A stretch of DNA of 64,000 nucleotides from an uncultured Planctomycetaceae bacterium (GCA_963813715.1 CAWFAK010000005.1:992001-1056000); one strand, 5' to 3'; positions 46,779 to 57,128 are shown, numbered from the stretch's first letter. Made by a program: numbers and translations. The notes: generated from the letters alone by a model not told the origin.

Positions 46779-47771
46779 ATGAAATCGCGGCGAATCGGAT
46801 TGCTCGGATTCGATGGAGTGATGGCGCTGGATTTGGTGGGGCCGATCGATGCCTTCAGCTCGGCTGTCTTCGAAGGTGCAGGGGCGGCGCTCAGTCCTTG
46901 CTACGAAATATCGGTGATCGGTCTGAGTCAAAGGCCATTCGTGTCCGAGTCGGGCATCGTCTTTCAGCCGCACACGACGCTCAAGAATGTTCCCGCGCTC
47001 GACACCCTCTTGATTCCGGGAGGTTGTGGACTACGCGTTCCACAGACTCAAGCGACGGTTGCTGAGTGGGTCAAAGCTCGGGCCGCGAAGCTCCGTCGCA
47101 TTGCGACTGTTTGCACCGGCATTTATGGCCTGGCACCGACCGGACTCTTGGATGGCCGCACGGTGACGACTCATTGGCGGTTTGCCCGGGATCTCGGCAA
47201 GCGATATCCCAAGCTCAATGTCGATGCCAATGCCATTTTCTGCAAAGACGGCCCGTTTTACACCGGAGCGGGAATCACGTCCGGGATCGACCTATCGCTG
47301 GCCCTGATCGAGGAGGATTACGGGCCGACCGTGGCGTTGGCGGTGGCCCGGGAACTGGTGGTCTACGTCAAACGATCTGGGGGGCAGGAACAATATTCCG
47401 AGCCGCTGAAATTCCAGACCCGTTCCAAGGATGGCTTCGGCGATCTGGCGGCCTGGATTCACGGGCATCTGGAGCAAGACCTTTCAGTCGAAACGCTCGC
47501 TCACCGGGCAAGGCTTTGTCCGCGGCATTTCTGTCGACGGTTCAAAGACGTGTTCGGCACGTCACCGGCACGGTTTGTGGAAGACCTGCGATTGGGTGAA
47601 GCGCGTCAGCGGCTGTCTCTGGCCGATCAATCGATCGAGACGGTTGCCCGATCGGTCGGGTTCGCGAGCCCCGACGCCTTCCGCCGCGCGTTTGAGCGGC
47701 GGTTCGGTATCAATCCCAGCTCCTTCCGCAATCGATTCGATGTCCGACTTCGACGCCGTCGCCATCCTTGA
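46779..47771 (+). CDS. GlxA-family transcriptional regulator (DJ-1/PfpI + AraC HTH)
   Basis: LDLVGP, ATVCTG, TTHW, GITSGIDLSL, KRSGGQEQYS, C-terminal AraC HTH. Confidence 0.93.
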   Translation: MKSRRIGLLGFDGVMALDLVGPIDAFSSAVFEGAGAALSPCYEISVIGLSQRPFVSESGIVFQPHTTLKNVPALDTLLIPGGCGLRVPQTQATVAEWVKARAAKLRRIATVCTGIYGLAPTGLLDGRTVTTHWRFARDLGKRYPKLNVDANAIFCKDGPFYTGAGITSGIDLSLALIEEDYGPTVALAVARELVVYVKRSGGQEQYSEPLKFQTRSKDGFGDLAAWIHGHLEQDLSVETLAHRARLCPRHFCRRFKDVFGTSPARFVEDLRLGEARQRLSLADQSIETVARSVGFASPDAFRRAFERRFGINPSSFRNRFDVRLRRRRHP

Positions 47772-47791
47772 GACTTCTTGGAGAAAGTCAG

Positions 47792-48613
47792 ATGAGAACG
47801 AGGTTTTTGCCCTTCTTCATTTTGCTGTCACTCGTGGCGATATCGTGGGGGGCTGCCCTGCGCGAAGCAAGCGCCGGTCCAATCACCGTGGACAAGGACG
47901 CGGCGAAACGCGGCAAGAAGATTTACGTGTGTCCTCCTTGTGGACTCGACTGCGACAAAGAAACGCACGACAAGCCGGGGGTCTGCCCGCGCTGCGGAAT
48001 GACCCTCGTGGAAAAAACGATTGAGTCGCACGCGTCGGGCGAAAAACCGCTAACGGTCGCCATTTTGCTTTTCAACGGCGTCGAAATCATCGACTACTCC
48101 GGCCCCTGGGAAGTGTTTGGTGCCGCTGGCTTTGACGTGCATACGGTCGCCTCAGCCCTGGGCCCCATTAAGACCGTCTTCGGCCAGAAAGTTATTCCGG
48201 ACTACACGCTAGAGAACAGCCCCAAGGCCGATATCGTGCTCATTCCTGGGGGAAACATCGCTTCGGCGCTGAACGATGCGAGAGTGATCCAGTGGATCCG
48301 GGCTCGCTCGAAAGATGCGAAGCAGGTGATGTCGGTTTGTAACGGTGCTTTTCTGCTGGCAAAGGCCGGTCTCTTGGATGGATTGTCGGCAACAACAGTT
48401 CGCGGAGGGATCGAGAGACTCGCCAAAGTCGCACCCCGAACTAAAGTCGTGCACAACCAGCGCGATGTCGACAATGGCAAGTTCATCACCACTGCGGGCC
48501 TTTCCGCCGGGATCGACGGGGCAATGCATCTGGTCGCGAAGACTCTGGGACACGATGCCGCCCAGGCAGTCGCCTACGGACTCGAATACCGATGGGACGA
48601 CGAGCCGAAGTGA
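47792..48613 (+). CDS. secreted DJ-1/PfpI protein with an N-terminal Cys-rich heavy-metal-binding module
   Basis: Signal peptide; YVCPPCGLDCD...KPGVCPRCGMTLV; VEIIDYSGPWEVF; MSVCNGAFLLA; TTAGLSAGIDGA. Confidence 0.88.
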   Translation: MRTRFLPFFILLSLVAISWGAALREASAGPITVDKDAAKRGKKIYVCPPCGLDCDKETHDKPGVCPRCGMTLVEKTIESHASGEKPLTVAILLFNGVEIIDYSGPWEVFGAAGFDVHTVASALGPIKTVFGQKVIPDYTLENSPKADIVLIPGGNIASALNDARVIQWIRARSKDAKQVMSVCNGAFLLAKAGLLDGLSATTVRGGIERLAKVAPRTKVVHNQRDVDNGKFITTAGLSAGIDGAMHLVAKTLGHDAAQAVAYGLEYRWDDEPK

Positions 48614-48694
48614 GTCGGCTACGATCGCGACCATACGACGTGCCGTGCAAACGTACGGAGTCAATAAACTCGTCGTAGCGGCCGGATCCAACGA

Positions 48695-49417
48695 TCAGCC
48701 GACCAGCTCGACCTTGCCGGTGCCCAGGTGGTAGACGCCGCCGGCAACTTTCAATTCGCCCGAACGTGACGAGCTTCGCCAAAATCGGCTCCAGGCTTTG
48801 GAGTCGCCGGACGCCCTCGACGACATTTGCCTTGATCACGTTGGCGAGCTTGTTGCCGGGCTGCCCCGCCACCATTTTGACAACCGGTCGAATCGGGTTG
48901 ATGAGGGCGTCGATCGATCCGGGGAGTGCGTCGTTGGCCTCGATGTGCTCGATCGCCGCCTTGCACGCGCCGCATTCGCTGTGGCCCAGTACCAGGACCA
49001 GTCGGGTCTTCAGCTCAGCGACGGCGTATTCGATGCTCCCCTTCACCGTGGGCCCGCGCCGCTGACGACGTTGCCGGCGATGCGGATGACAAACAAGTCG
49101 CCGATGGCCTGGTCGAAAATTACTTCGGGAGCCACGCGCGAGTCCGCGCACCCGACGATGACGGCATGCGGAGCCTGTCCGTGCTCCAGTGGCAGAAAGT
49201 CCTGCGGAGTGCGTCCCGGGTGCCGGAGTCTGCCTTCGACGAACCTCTGGTTGCCGGCGAGTAACTGATGGAGTACCGCGTCGGGTTTCGGCTGCTCGGC
49301 CGCGTCGGCGGCGCCTCGCGGCGAGAGGCCAGTCAGACCGGACATCCCCATCACCCCCACGGTCGCCGCGGCACTCCCCATGAACTTACGTCGGGACAAT
49401 TGATCCAAGTTATCCAT
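48695..49417 (-). CDS. beta-carbonic anhydrase with a Tat signal; frameshifts near 49050 and 48770
   Basis: SRRKFM Tat motif, LLAGNQRF, GCADSRV, IRIAGN, GSIEYAV, LGHSECGA. Confidence 0.92.
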
Positions 49418-49460
49418 AACTCAGCTCCTTATAGGTCCGCGTACGCGAGTCGGCGGCAAT

Positions 49461-49495
49461 AAAAACAGCCACCTTGTGTGGCCACAAGTGGCTGT
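49461..49495 (-). terminator. terminator-like hairpin following the duplicated tRNA 3' end
   Basis: ACAGCCAC-C-TTGTG/CACAA-GTGGCTGT stem with TTTTT on the minus strand. Sequence-similar to 53327-53357. Confidence 0.6.
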
Positions 49496-49520
49496 GCGTG
49501 TTTCGGGGCAATCCAAAAAG

Positions 49521-49542
49521 GTGGTCGTGGCAGGATTTCGAA
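49521..49542 (-). repeat. att-like duplicate of the tRNA-Val(CAC) 3' end
   Basis: GTGGTCGTGGCAGGATT(T)CGAA versus GTGGTCGTGGCAGGATTCGAA at 53384-53404: 17 nt exact, one extra T, then CGAA. Confidence 0.85.
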
Positions 49543-49822
49543 GAATCGCCGAATTCCCTCGGAAATACAAGCGCCGCTACACGAAGCTGTGCTAAATCCG
49601 GTGCAGTTGGAGGCGATTTTCCCACTTTGACACCCGGGGACTGGACTCGGCTCGTGGCGGGGTTCGGGCATTTCCCCGCGTTGCTACAGAGTGCGCGTAA
49701 TCGATGCGGCTTGGGGCGTGCTCTCGGACCAGACACGACCGGACGTCGGCCGCCTCATCACCGGGCCCTACCGATCGATGAACGCGCGGGCCAGCCGAGA
49801 TCTCGGACTGACTGCGATCCGA

Positions 49823-50254
49823 TCACTCAAGGGGAGGCAGGATATCCGGCTCGATCTGATAACCGTCCGCGATCGAATTTGTCGTGTTGAACAAGCCGAC
49901 GATCGCCAGGACTTCTCCCAGGGCTTCGGTATCGAGGCCAAGCTTTCTTAACGCGGCCGTGTGCGAATTGACGCAATAGGAACAGCCGTTGGTCGCCGAT
50001 ACTGCAAGGGCAATGATCTCGCGTGTCGTCGCATCGAGCTTGGGTTGACGTCCTACTGCTTCAGGATGCATCAGCGCCTTGAGACTCGACCAAACCAAGT
50101 CGAGGTGGTCAGGGTTGGTTGCGAGCACTCGCCACAGGTTGGGCACAAAGGGAATGTTCTTCGTCCTCTTGATGTCAGCATACACGTCGGCCACTCTCCC
50201 GTTCGCATCTTCCTCAGCGACTGGAACGACCGTTGCAATTCTCTGAGCAGACAT
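49823..50254 (-). CDS. carboxymuconolactone decarboxylase / AhpD-like protein
   Basis: VADVYADIKRT..VPNLWR...REIIALAVSATNGCSYCVNSH (CxxC...H). Confidence 0.9.
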   Translation of the reverse strand: MSAQRIATVVPVAEEDANGRVADVYADIKRTKNIPFVPNLWRVLATNPDHLDLVWSSLKALMHPEAVGRQPKLDATTREIIALAVSATNGCSYCVNSHTAALRKLGLDTEALGEVLAIVGLFNTTNSIADGYQIEPDILPPLE

Positions 50255-50389
50255 GGAGGAACCCTTTCGTGAAATGTTACGGTGGCCTCCGGCCGGCTTC
50301 TCGGCATGGCTCTGGTTCTACGACAAATGAAGGGTCCAGCCCACTCGTCTCCGGACTCTGTCTCCCCTTTCACTCCGAGATCCAGCTTT

Positions 50390-50623
50390 TCATTGTCCGT
50401 CTCCGATCGCACGGCCCTCGCGACGACCATCTTGCTCAACTCGCCGCGATTCGCAGAGGCTCCGGACGGCTTGCTTTTGCTCATCGGTCAGTTGCGACCA
50501 TGTGGCAATTTCATCAATCGTTCGCCGACACGCGACGCAGTAGAGCCTCGTGGCATCAAGCGTGCAATCGCCCCGACACGGAGAAGACGCCGCGTCAACG
50601 TCCGCCGGAGGAAAACGCTGCAT
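50390..50623 (-). CDS. DUF1289 family small Cys-rich protein
   Basis: SPCRGDCTLD....CVACRRTIDEIATW. Confidence 0.85.
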   Translation of the reverse strand: MQRFPPADVDAASSPCRGDCTLDATRLYCVACRRTIDEIATWSQLTDEQKQAVRSLCESRRVEQDGRREGRAIGDGQ

Positions 50624-50637
50624 GGTAACTTACTCGG

Positions 50638-51231
50638 TTATTTCCGGACGGGCGTGCGGCGCGAGCCGGAGCCGATGAACGCCTTCGGCCCGGGTGCCGC
50701 AGGCGGAGTTTCGCCGGCGACCGATAGATTGAACGTGTAGTCCGTTTTACCGGGCGCTTGATGATCGATGAGGAACTCCGGTTTTTTCGAGCTGACCTCG
50801 GGGTCGTTGTAGAGATTCTTGAGCGAGTCCGGTCCCAGGAAGCCCATCCTCGGATTGTAGCCCAGCTGGGCAAAGAGCATTATATATTTGCCAGGCGGCA
50901 GCAGTGGGAATTCGAACGACCCATCCGGCTTGACGATGGCAGTTGCACTGCTGTTGGCCTTGGCTTCGGGCTTCGCGGCGGCGTAGGCGATCGCCACGAG
51001 GCGCGCGGTCTCGGATTTCGCAGCGGGAAGCTCATCGTCAACGGTGATCTTTCCGCCCAACGGATAAGCCGTCACCGGATTCATTCCGGCGCTTTCATAG
51101 GCTTTCTCGAGACGTTGAGCCGTGGACTCGCGTCCGCCACACCCGACGGGCACGAGGAAGATAAACGTCGCTGCGATCCCCCACGCGATTTTGCGCCGGT
51201 GCGCGCGGCGACTCAGAAGGGCGGGTGCCAT
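50638..51231 (-). CDS. putative lipoprotein with a carboxypeptidase-regulatory-like beta-sandwich (typical DUF1559 partner)
   Basis: Lipobox-like PVGCGG; GKITVDDE...DGSFEF..LPPGKY...DSLKNLYNDP. Confidence 0.75.
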   Translation of the reverse strand: MAPALLSRRAHRRKIAWGIAATFIFLVPVGCGGRESTAQRLEKAYESAGMNPVTAYPLGGKITVDDELPAAKSETARLVAIAYAAAKPEAKANSSATAIVKPDGSFEFPLLPPGKYIMLFAQLGYNPRMGFLGPDSLKNLYNDPEVSSKKPEFLIDHQAPGKTDYTFNLSVAGETPPAAPGPKAFIGSGSRRTPVRK

Positions 51232-51340
51232 TCCATCGACTCCACTCTCTCAAAGACGCGGAGAGATTCCGTCTAGAAGAAAGTCGGCCGCCCTGGACAC
51301 GTCCAGAGCGGTCGACCGGAGTTCGCAGGCGACGGTCATG

Positions 51341-52591
51341 TTAGAACTGGTCAGGCACGGCTTCGTGTCCGCGCGGCGTCATCAGCGCGACGAATGTGAC
51401 GATCGAAATATTCTCGCTCACCATGCGAGCGGATCCGTCGCACATGGCCACCCCACCCGAGCCCGGGTGGAAGCTGAAAATGGCGTTGTAGCCGATCTCG
51501 TTCGTGCAGTTGATGAAACAGACCGGCATTGGGCAGTTTGTGCTCGAAAAGCAACTCGGCTTACTGAGGCCGGTGAAGTCGGACCCGAGCACATAGGCGA
51601 CCGCGTTCGTCGAGGCCCAAGCGCCGCCTGAGTTAAAAGCGTGAGCGGCGAGGGGCGTGGGCAAAGTCGTCTTGCCGGCTCTTGTCCAGCAATCCGGCCG
51701 GCCCGCCATCTCAGTGCAGAAAAGCGTCGTGGACGTCCCGTCGGTGATCTGATCAATCGATAAGCCGCAGGAATTCGAGAGAAAGCTGTGAAACAGGCCG
51801 GTGGGCCCAATGAACCCGCTGCCTCCGGCGCCGGGAATGCCGAGTGCGTGTGTGTAAAACGCGTGGGCAGACGAATCCAGATCGCACAGGCCTTCGTAAT
51901 CCAAAGCACCGTGAAGGCGTTTGAAGGCAAAGCAGGTGCGACAGAATGTGAGACAGAATTCGTAGATCGCGTTTCCCTCGACAAATGGATTTTGCGTTCG
52001 CGGCGACGAGGGGCAGACGTAGGACGGTATGACGGCGGCCGCTGGGCGGGTGTAGGCACAGGGATCGAGGCACGGACAGCCAGAATTTGCAAAGGTGTAC
52101 TTAGTCGGGCACGGAACGCCCGACAGGCAGACCGGGGAGAAGATCGGCGCGTTCATGCAAATTCGGCTGTAAACCGTGTTGGCTTCCACGAACGGCAACA
52201 GCCGTTCCGGCCATGTGTGCAAATTATAGTCGTTGCGGCCAACGCTCCCGGGCACGCCAACTGTGAACAACGTCCCGCAGAAGCAATCCTGCAAGTAACC
52301 GGTCGCCACGCCGCACGTGCACACGAAGGGGGGTGGGCCGCAGAATGTGTCGGCGTTGTAGATCACTGTTGTCGCCGGCGGGAATTGGTTGTTGACGTCG
52401 TGATAATTGTGGGCTGCCAGCGCGATCTGCTTGAGGTTGTTGCGACATTGAGTGCGTCGCGCTGCCTCGCGCGCCGCTTGCACGGCCGGCAGCAAAAGCG
52501 CGATGAGCACGGCGATGATGGCGATCACCACCAACAGCTCGATCAGCGTGAACCCGGGCGGCGCCTGATCCAATCGTTTTCTTTTCAACAT
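51341..52591 (-). CDS. DUF1559 prepilin-type protein, unusually Cys-rich
   Basis: [54 protein letters not shown]-terminal H-x9-DG ([13 protein letters not shown]). 25 Cys counted in 416 aa. Confidence 0.95.
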   Translation of the reverse strand: MLKRKRLDQAPPGFTLIELLVVIAIIAVLIALLLPAVQAAREAARRTQCRNNLKQIALAAHNYHDVNNQFPPATTVIYNADTFCGPPPFVCTCGVATGYLQDCFCGTLFTVGVPGSVGRNDYNLHTWPERLLPFVEANTVYSRICMNAPIFSPVCLSGVPCPTKYTFANSGCPCLDPCAYTRPAAAVIPSYVCPSSPRTQNPFVEGNAIYEFCLTFCRTCFAFKRLHGALDYEGLCDLDSSAHAFYTHALGIPGAGGSGFIGPTGLFHSFLSNSCGLSIDQITDGTSTTLFCTEMAGRPDCWTRAGKTTLPTPLAAHAFNSGGAWASTNAVAYVLGSDFTGLSKPSCFSSTNCPMPVCFINCTNEIGYNAIFSFHPGSGGVAMCDGSARMVSENISIVTFVALMTPRGHEAVPDQF

Positions 52592-52858
52592 GACAAGTCC
52601 TCGTTGTCTGGGGCCCGTCCGGATGGTTGATCCGGCAGCCCGCGCGGCAAACGGGGCCTCGCGTCGCGAAGAGGCGCATGCTCTCCCAATCCAGGCCGCG
52701 GGCGTTCGGCGATTCGCATGTTGCGCGGCGCACGCGCGAACGCCAACCGACGGACGGTGGATGAGAATCGCCGCGATGTCGCGCCATCAACGAGGTGCGC
52801 GGCAGCGCAAGAACGCGTGTCTTCGTTCCCCGAAAGACCCGAATGCAAAACGACGAAT

Positions 52859-53055
52859 GGGCAGGTCTTCTGGCTTCCGGATCGGCCTACTCACCGCACC
52901 TTCCCGCCCGGCTCGCTCGCGATGTGGTCGCGACCTTCGCAGGACAGTGGTATTTGCGGCTTTCGTCCCCGGTTACAGCGGCGGGACCGCGACGGATTCG
53001 CACCGTCTTCCCTATTCTTCGTCCGGGCCACAAGCCCGAGACGACACCCACGTCG
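52859..53055 (-). ncRNA. cobalamin (B12) riboswitch
   Basis: Minus strand reads ...GGTG...AATAGGGAAGACGGTGCGAATCCGTCGCGGTCCCGCCGCTGTAACCGGGGA...ACCACTG...GGGAAGGTG...GAAGCCAGAAGACCTGCC (B12 box). Ends approximate. Confidence 0.93.
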
Positions 53056-53061
53056 CGGGTC

Positions 53062-53089
53062 ATCCTAACGCGCGCGGAACGCTTGTCAA
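53062..53089 (-). promoter_or_regulatory. sigma70-type promoter for the riboswitch leader
   Basis: TTGACA (53089-53084), 16-nt spacer, TAGGAT (53067-53062), immediately 5' of the riboswitch. Confidence 0.7.
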
Positions 53090-53326
53090 CTCACGCATTC
53101 GCAGGTCTGATCGAACTCTGTCCGCGATCAGTGGTGTCGAATGTATCACGGGATACCGTCGCATTCGGACGAGTCTCCTTCCGGATGCCTCGAGCCCCGC
53201 AAGCCGGATGATCCGGTGGTCTGTCCGCAAATTGACTTCGGTGGAGCGATAGCGGGTGATCACGAATGCGGCGCGGTCCGCGGACCCAGGGCAACGTGCA
53301 GCGACGCGAGCAGTCGTTACCAAATG

Positions 53327-53357
53327 AAAAGGCCACATTGTTCGGAAACAAGTGGCC
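53327..53357 (-). terminator. intrinsic terminator downstream of tRNA-Val
   Basis: Minus strand GGCCAC-TTG-TTTCCGAA-CAA-T-GTGGCC-TTTT. Confidence 0.65.
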
Positions 53358-53384
53358 GAGGTGCCTGAGTGCAGGCCAATCAAG

Positions 53385-53458
53385 TGGTCGTGGCAGGATT
53401 CGAACCTGCGACCCCATCGATGTGAGCGATGTGCGCTAACCAACTGCGCTACACGACC
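53385..53458 (-). tRNA. tRNA-Val (anticodon CAC)
   Basis: GGTCGTG-TAGCGCAGTTGGTTAGCGC-A-CATCG-CTCACAT-CGATG-GGGTC-GCAGGTTCGAATCCTGC-CACGACC-A. Confidence 0.97.
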
Positions 53459-53503
53459 AGTCTGGCCGAATTTTACAGCAGACGGTCGGCGTTCGGAAGT
53501 GCT

Positions 53504-54514
53504 TTAGGGGGCTCGGCCTTCGCCCAGCCGTTTTAGCTCAGGCTCCAGGCGGCGCATGCCTTCCTCGACGGTCACGAGGGGCTTGTAGCCGAAGTCCCGC
53601 TGGGCACGGCCGATCTGGTAAGAGTGCGAGCCGCTGAGCTGTTGGGCCAGGAACCGCGTCATCGGCGGCTCGGCAGAAATGCGCAGAGCTTTGTAGATCG
53701 CTTCCAAGGTTGCCCCGACGGCGTAGGCGGCTCGGCTCGAAATCGATTTGTGGACTGGCGGCAGTCCGGCGAGGGCCAGGAGCTCGTCGATCCAGCGCCA
53801 GAGGTTCACCGGCTGCGCCTCGTTGATGAAGTAGGCATTGCCGGCGGGGGGCGCGCCGGGGTGGAGGGCGTCGGCGGCCTGCAGGTGGGCGGCGGCCACG
53901 TTTTCGACGTAGGACATTGCGATCACGTTGTTGCCGCCGCCGACGCGTCGCAACCGTCCTGAGCGCGCGCGGGCGATCAGGCGCGGCACGAGGTGATTGT
54001 CCCGCGGGCCCCAGATCAAGTGCGGTCGCAGCGCCACCGTCGCCAGCCCGTCGCTTCCGTTGGCGGCGAGCACCTCGCGCTCGGCCAGCGCTTTGGTGTG
54101 CGGGTAGTAACACAGGTAATGCGACGGGTAGGGATGGCTCTCGTCGACGTTGATGTGATCGGCCCCGTCGTAAATCACGCTGGGCGAGCTGGTGTAGATT
54201 AGGCGGGCGACGCGGTCCTGGCCACACGCGTCGAGAACGTGCCGCGTGCCGAGCGTGTTGGTCTCGTAGTAGTGCTTCCAGGAACCCCAAATTCCCGGGA
54301 CGGCCGCGACGTGGAACACGGTGTCCATGTTGCGGCAGGCGCGGTCGACGTCGTGGGGATTGCGGATGTCCCCCTCTTGGAATTCGACGCCCAATTCGGC
54401 CAGCCGCCGATGGGAGCGTCGCGCCAGCACTCGAACGCGATCGCCGCGGGCCGCAAGCTGCTCAGTGAGATAGAGGCCGAGGAAGCCTGCGCCGCCGGTG
54501 ACCAGGGCATTCAT
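53504..54514 (-). CDS. oleD: 3-beta-HSD/extended SDR, OleD-like 2-alkyl-3-oxoalkanoate reductase
   Basis: [51 protein letters not shown] overlap with the oleC stop. Confidence 0.82.
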   Translation of the reverse strand: MNALVTGGAGFLGLYLTEQLAARGDRVRVLARRSHRRLAELGVEFQEGDIRNPHDVDRACRNMDTVFHVAAVPGIWGSWKHYYETNTLGTRHVLDACGQDRVARLIYTSSPSVIYDGADHINVDESHPYPSHYLCYYPHTKALAEREVLAANGSDGLATVALRPHLIWGPRDNHLVPRLIARARSGRLRRVGGGNNVIAMSYVENVAAAHLQAADALHPGAPPAGNAYFINEAQPVNLWRWIDELLALAGLPPVHKSISSRAAYAVGATLEAIYKALRISAEPPMTRFLAQQLSGSHSYQIGRAQRDFGYKPLVTVEEGMRRLEPELKRLGEGRAP

Positions 54515-56291
54515 GGCTGGCCGTGCAGCGCGTTGGCCGCCCAGAGGCAGAGCCGCTCGCGATTGATCTTGGAGTTGTGGCGGAAGTCGACCGGCAGCGA
54601 CCGGTGAAAGAGAACGGTGTGGATGTCGAGCGTGAGTGGATTGGCGGCTGCCAGGTCGCGCAGCTCGGCCGCGAACTTTTGCCGATCGGCATTCCGCAAT
54701 GGGAACTGTTTCGGCCGGGGCTCGACGATGATCACGGGCGTTTGATCGCCGACCTGGCCCGGTTTGCGGATCACGCCGACGAGCGCACTGCGGGCGACGC
54801 GCGGATGCTCGTTGAAGATGGCCTCGCACGGCTCGGTGAAGAGGAGCCCCTTTGCCGTCGTCACGATGTGCGACTTGCGGCCGCAGTACCAGAGGCGTCC
54901 CTGATGGTCCAGATAGCCGACGTCGCCCATGCGATGCCAAAACGGAACTGGCGCCGTCGCATCGTGGTCTTCGTGCGGGTCGGCGATTTTGGCTTCGGCC
55001 TCGGCTAGCGGTTTGCGGAGGTAGCTGCGGGTGACGCTGGGGCCCTGGACGATAATTTCGCCGATCTGGCCGGCCGGCAGCTCGCGGGCCATCGACAGGG
55101 TAGCAATCGGCCCGTGCGTGATTTGGATGATCTTGATCGTCACTCCGGGAAACGCGCGGCCGACGCAGGTGCCGGCTCCGGTGCGCGTCCGCTCGGCCGT
55201 GTCATCGAGCACTTCGCGGCTCGAGATCGACGCAACGGGCAGGGCCTCGGTCGCGCCGTACGGCGTATATACCTCCGCGCAGGAGCAGTTGCGCGTCGTT
55301 TCTGGCAAACGGACCACGGCCGGCAGTTGGCGCGGCGCCTCATCAGATTTCGGTTCGGCATCGAGCAGATCGGTGAGCCGCTCGAGCAGGCTGACGGGCA
55401 CGGCGGCGCCGGCCGAGAACGCCCGCCGCAGCGAGCAGAGGCGGAGCTGATGCTCTTCGCAGTAGGTCACCACCCGTTGCCAAAGTGCGGGGGAGCCGAA
55501 CGACTGCGTGACGGTGTGGTCTTCGATCGCCTCGATGATGCGGGCTGGGTTCGCCTTGGCCGGTTTGGAGGGATTCATTTGCGGCACGACGGTCGTGGTG
55601 CCCATCGCGGCGTTAAACAGGCCAAAGAGCGGAAAGCCCGACAGGTCGACGCCGCCGGGCTGGATGCCGAAGCGGTCGCGAATCAGGTCGACCTGCGCGT
55701 TGAACATCCCGTGCTCGTAGATCACTCCCTTGGCTGGTCCGGTGCTGCCGCTGGTGAAGATCACCGCGGCCGGATCGGTGGCTTTGGCGGCGACGGTTTC
55801 AAACGGTTCCCAACGAGCCCGCGCAACTCTCGATAAGTCGGGCCTCCCCAAAACCAGCGACGGCCAACCGTGAGATTCAGCCGCGCCCGGCGAAATCGTC
55901 GCCGGTTGGCAATCCGCACCACGTGCACGAGCGGCAGGGCGAGGAAACCCTCGGGCTCGACGTCCTCCAGGCAATCGAGCAGCGAGGGCAAGCCCATGCC
56001 TGGATCGATCAGCACGATCACGGCCCCGGCCTTGAACGCCGCAAAGACCAGCGCGACGAACTCGATGCCGAAGCGGACCATCAGCACGAGCCGCGTCCCC
56101 GGACCAACGCCACGCTCGCGGAGGCCGCGGGCTAACAAATCGCTCTCCCGATCGAGCTGTCGGAAGGTGACGTGCGAATAGGCGGCGCGGCCGAGCGAAT
56201 CGCGTCCCGCGGCGGCGACGACAGCCACGGCATCGGGCGACTGCTCGGCCGTGGCCGTGAGTCGCAGTGCAATGTTCATCGACGGGGACAC
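54511..56291 (-). CDS. oleC: OleC-like olefin beta-lactone synthetase (AMP-forming ligase); frameshift near 55820
   Basis: [87 protein letters not shown]. Confidence 0.88.
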
Positions 56292-56306
56292 GCGATGGCA
56301 CCGCTC

Positions 56307-57128
56307 TCAATTCGAGGCACGGATCAGGATTTCGCCCTTGCCCAGCTCCAGAAAGTCTCCGCAGTATCTCCGATAGCGGGCCGCGAAGCACTCGTCGGGC
56401 ACAAAAAAGCCCATTTCCCGCAAGCGCAGCAGAGAATAGCGCAGAAACACGGGCGCGAAATCTCCGCTGGCCGGAAGGTCGACAGCAGGGCCGGCGGGCT
56501 GTGCGTGCCCAAGAGGCCGATCGTCCCGCGCTTCATGCCGGCCCCGGGTCGAATGCCCACCTCGCCGAAAAGCAGGATTGAACCGGCGATCAGGTTGAAG
56601 CCGGGAGCGAGTCCCGCGCGGCCGCCGACGGCGATCAGCCCGCGACGCATCGTGTGGCCGATCTCGTCGCCCGCATTGCCGTCGATCAGGATTTCGCCCC
56701 CCGTCATTCCCCGGCGACCGCCGCGATAGACGGCTCCGACCAGGTTGCCGGCCGAGCCGCGAATGTGAATGCGACCGCCGTGCATTTCGGCCCCGACCCA
56801 GTCAGCCGCGTTGCCGCTGACGGTGATGCTGCCGCCGCGCATCTCGGCGCCCAGATGCATGCCCGCGTTTCCCTCGACGCGGATTTGCCCGTCCGTCATT
56901 CGCGCGCCGATCAGTTTGACCTGCGCAGTCTCCCTCCCAGACGAGTTCGCTATCGGCCGCGCTGCCGGAGACGCGGAAGAAATCGCCGAGGGAAACGCGG
57001 GCATTGCCGTGCTGAATGACGGTCCGCCGCACGTCTTCGACCGATTGTTCGCGAACGGTCTCCAGGCGCACCGCATCGACCTCGAGCGGAATCGAGCTCG
57101 GCTGTTCTAAGCGGAGCACCAGGGGCAT
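56307..57128 (-). CDS. fhcC: formylmethanofuran dehydrogenase subunit C / formyltransferase-hydrolase complex subunit C; frameshifts near 56930 and 56440
   Basis: IPLEVD...LGDFFRVSG; GxGxxM.GG repeats ([49 protein letters not shown]); C-terminal GKGEILI. Confidence 0.88.

Larger units (their letters stand above)
49521..53404. mobile_element. small genomic island or integrative-element remnant at tRNA-Val(CAC), no integrase
   Basis: Flanked by direct repeats of the tRNA 3' end. Cargo: riboswitch-DUF1559-lipoprotein-DUF1289-CMD. Confidence 0.65.

Noticed and set aside
52592..52608. GACAA-CGAGGAC-TTGTC hairpin at the DUF1559 SD as a CsrA site
   Set aside because: The loop lacks the ANGGA consensus; it is more plausibly part of the riboswitch expression platform.
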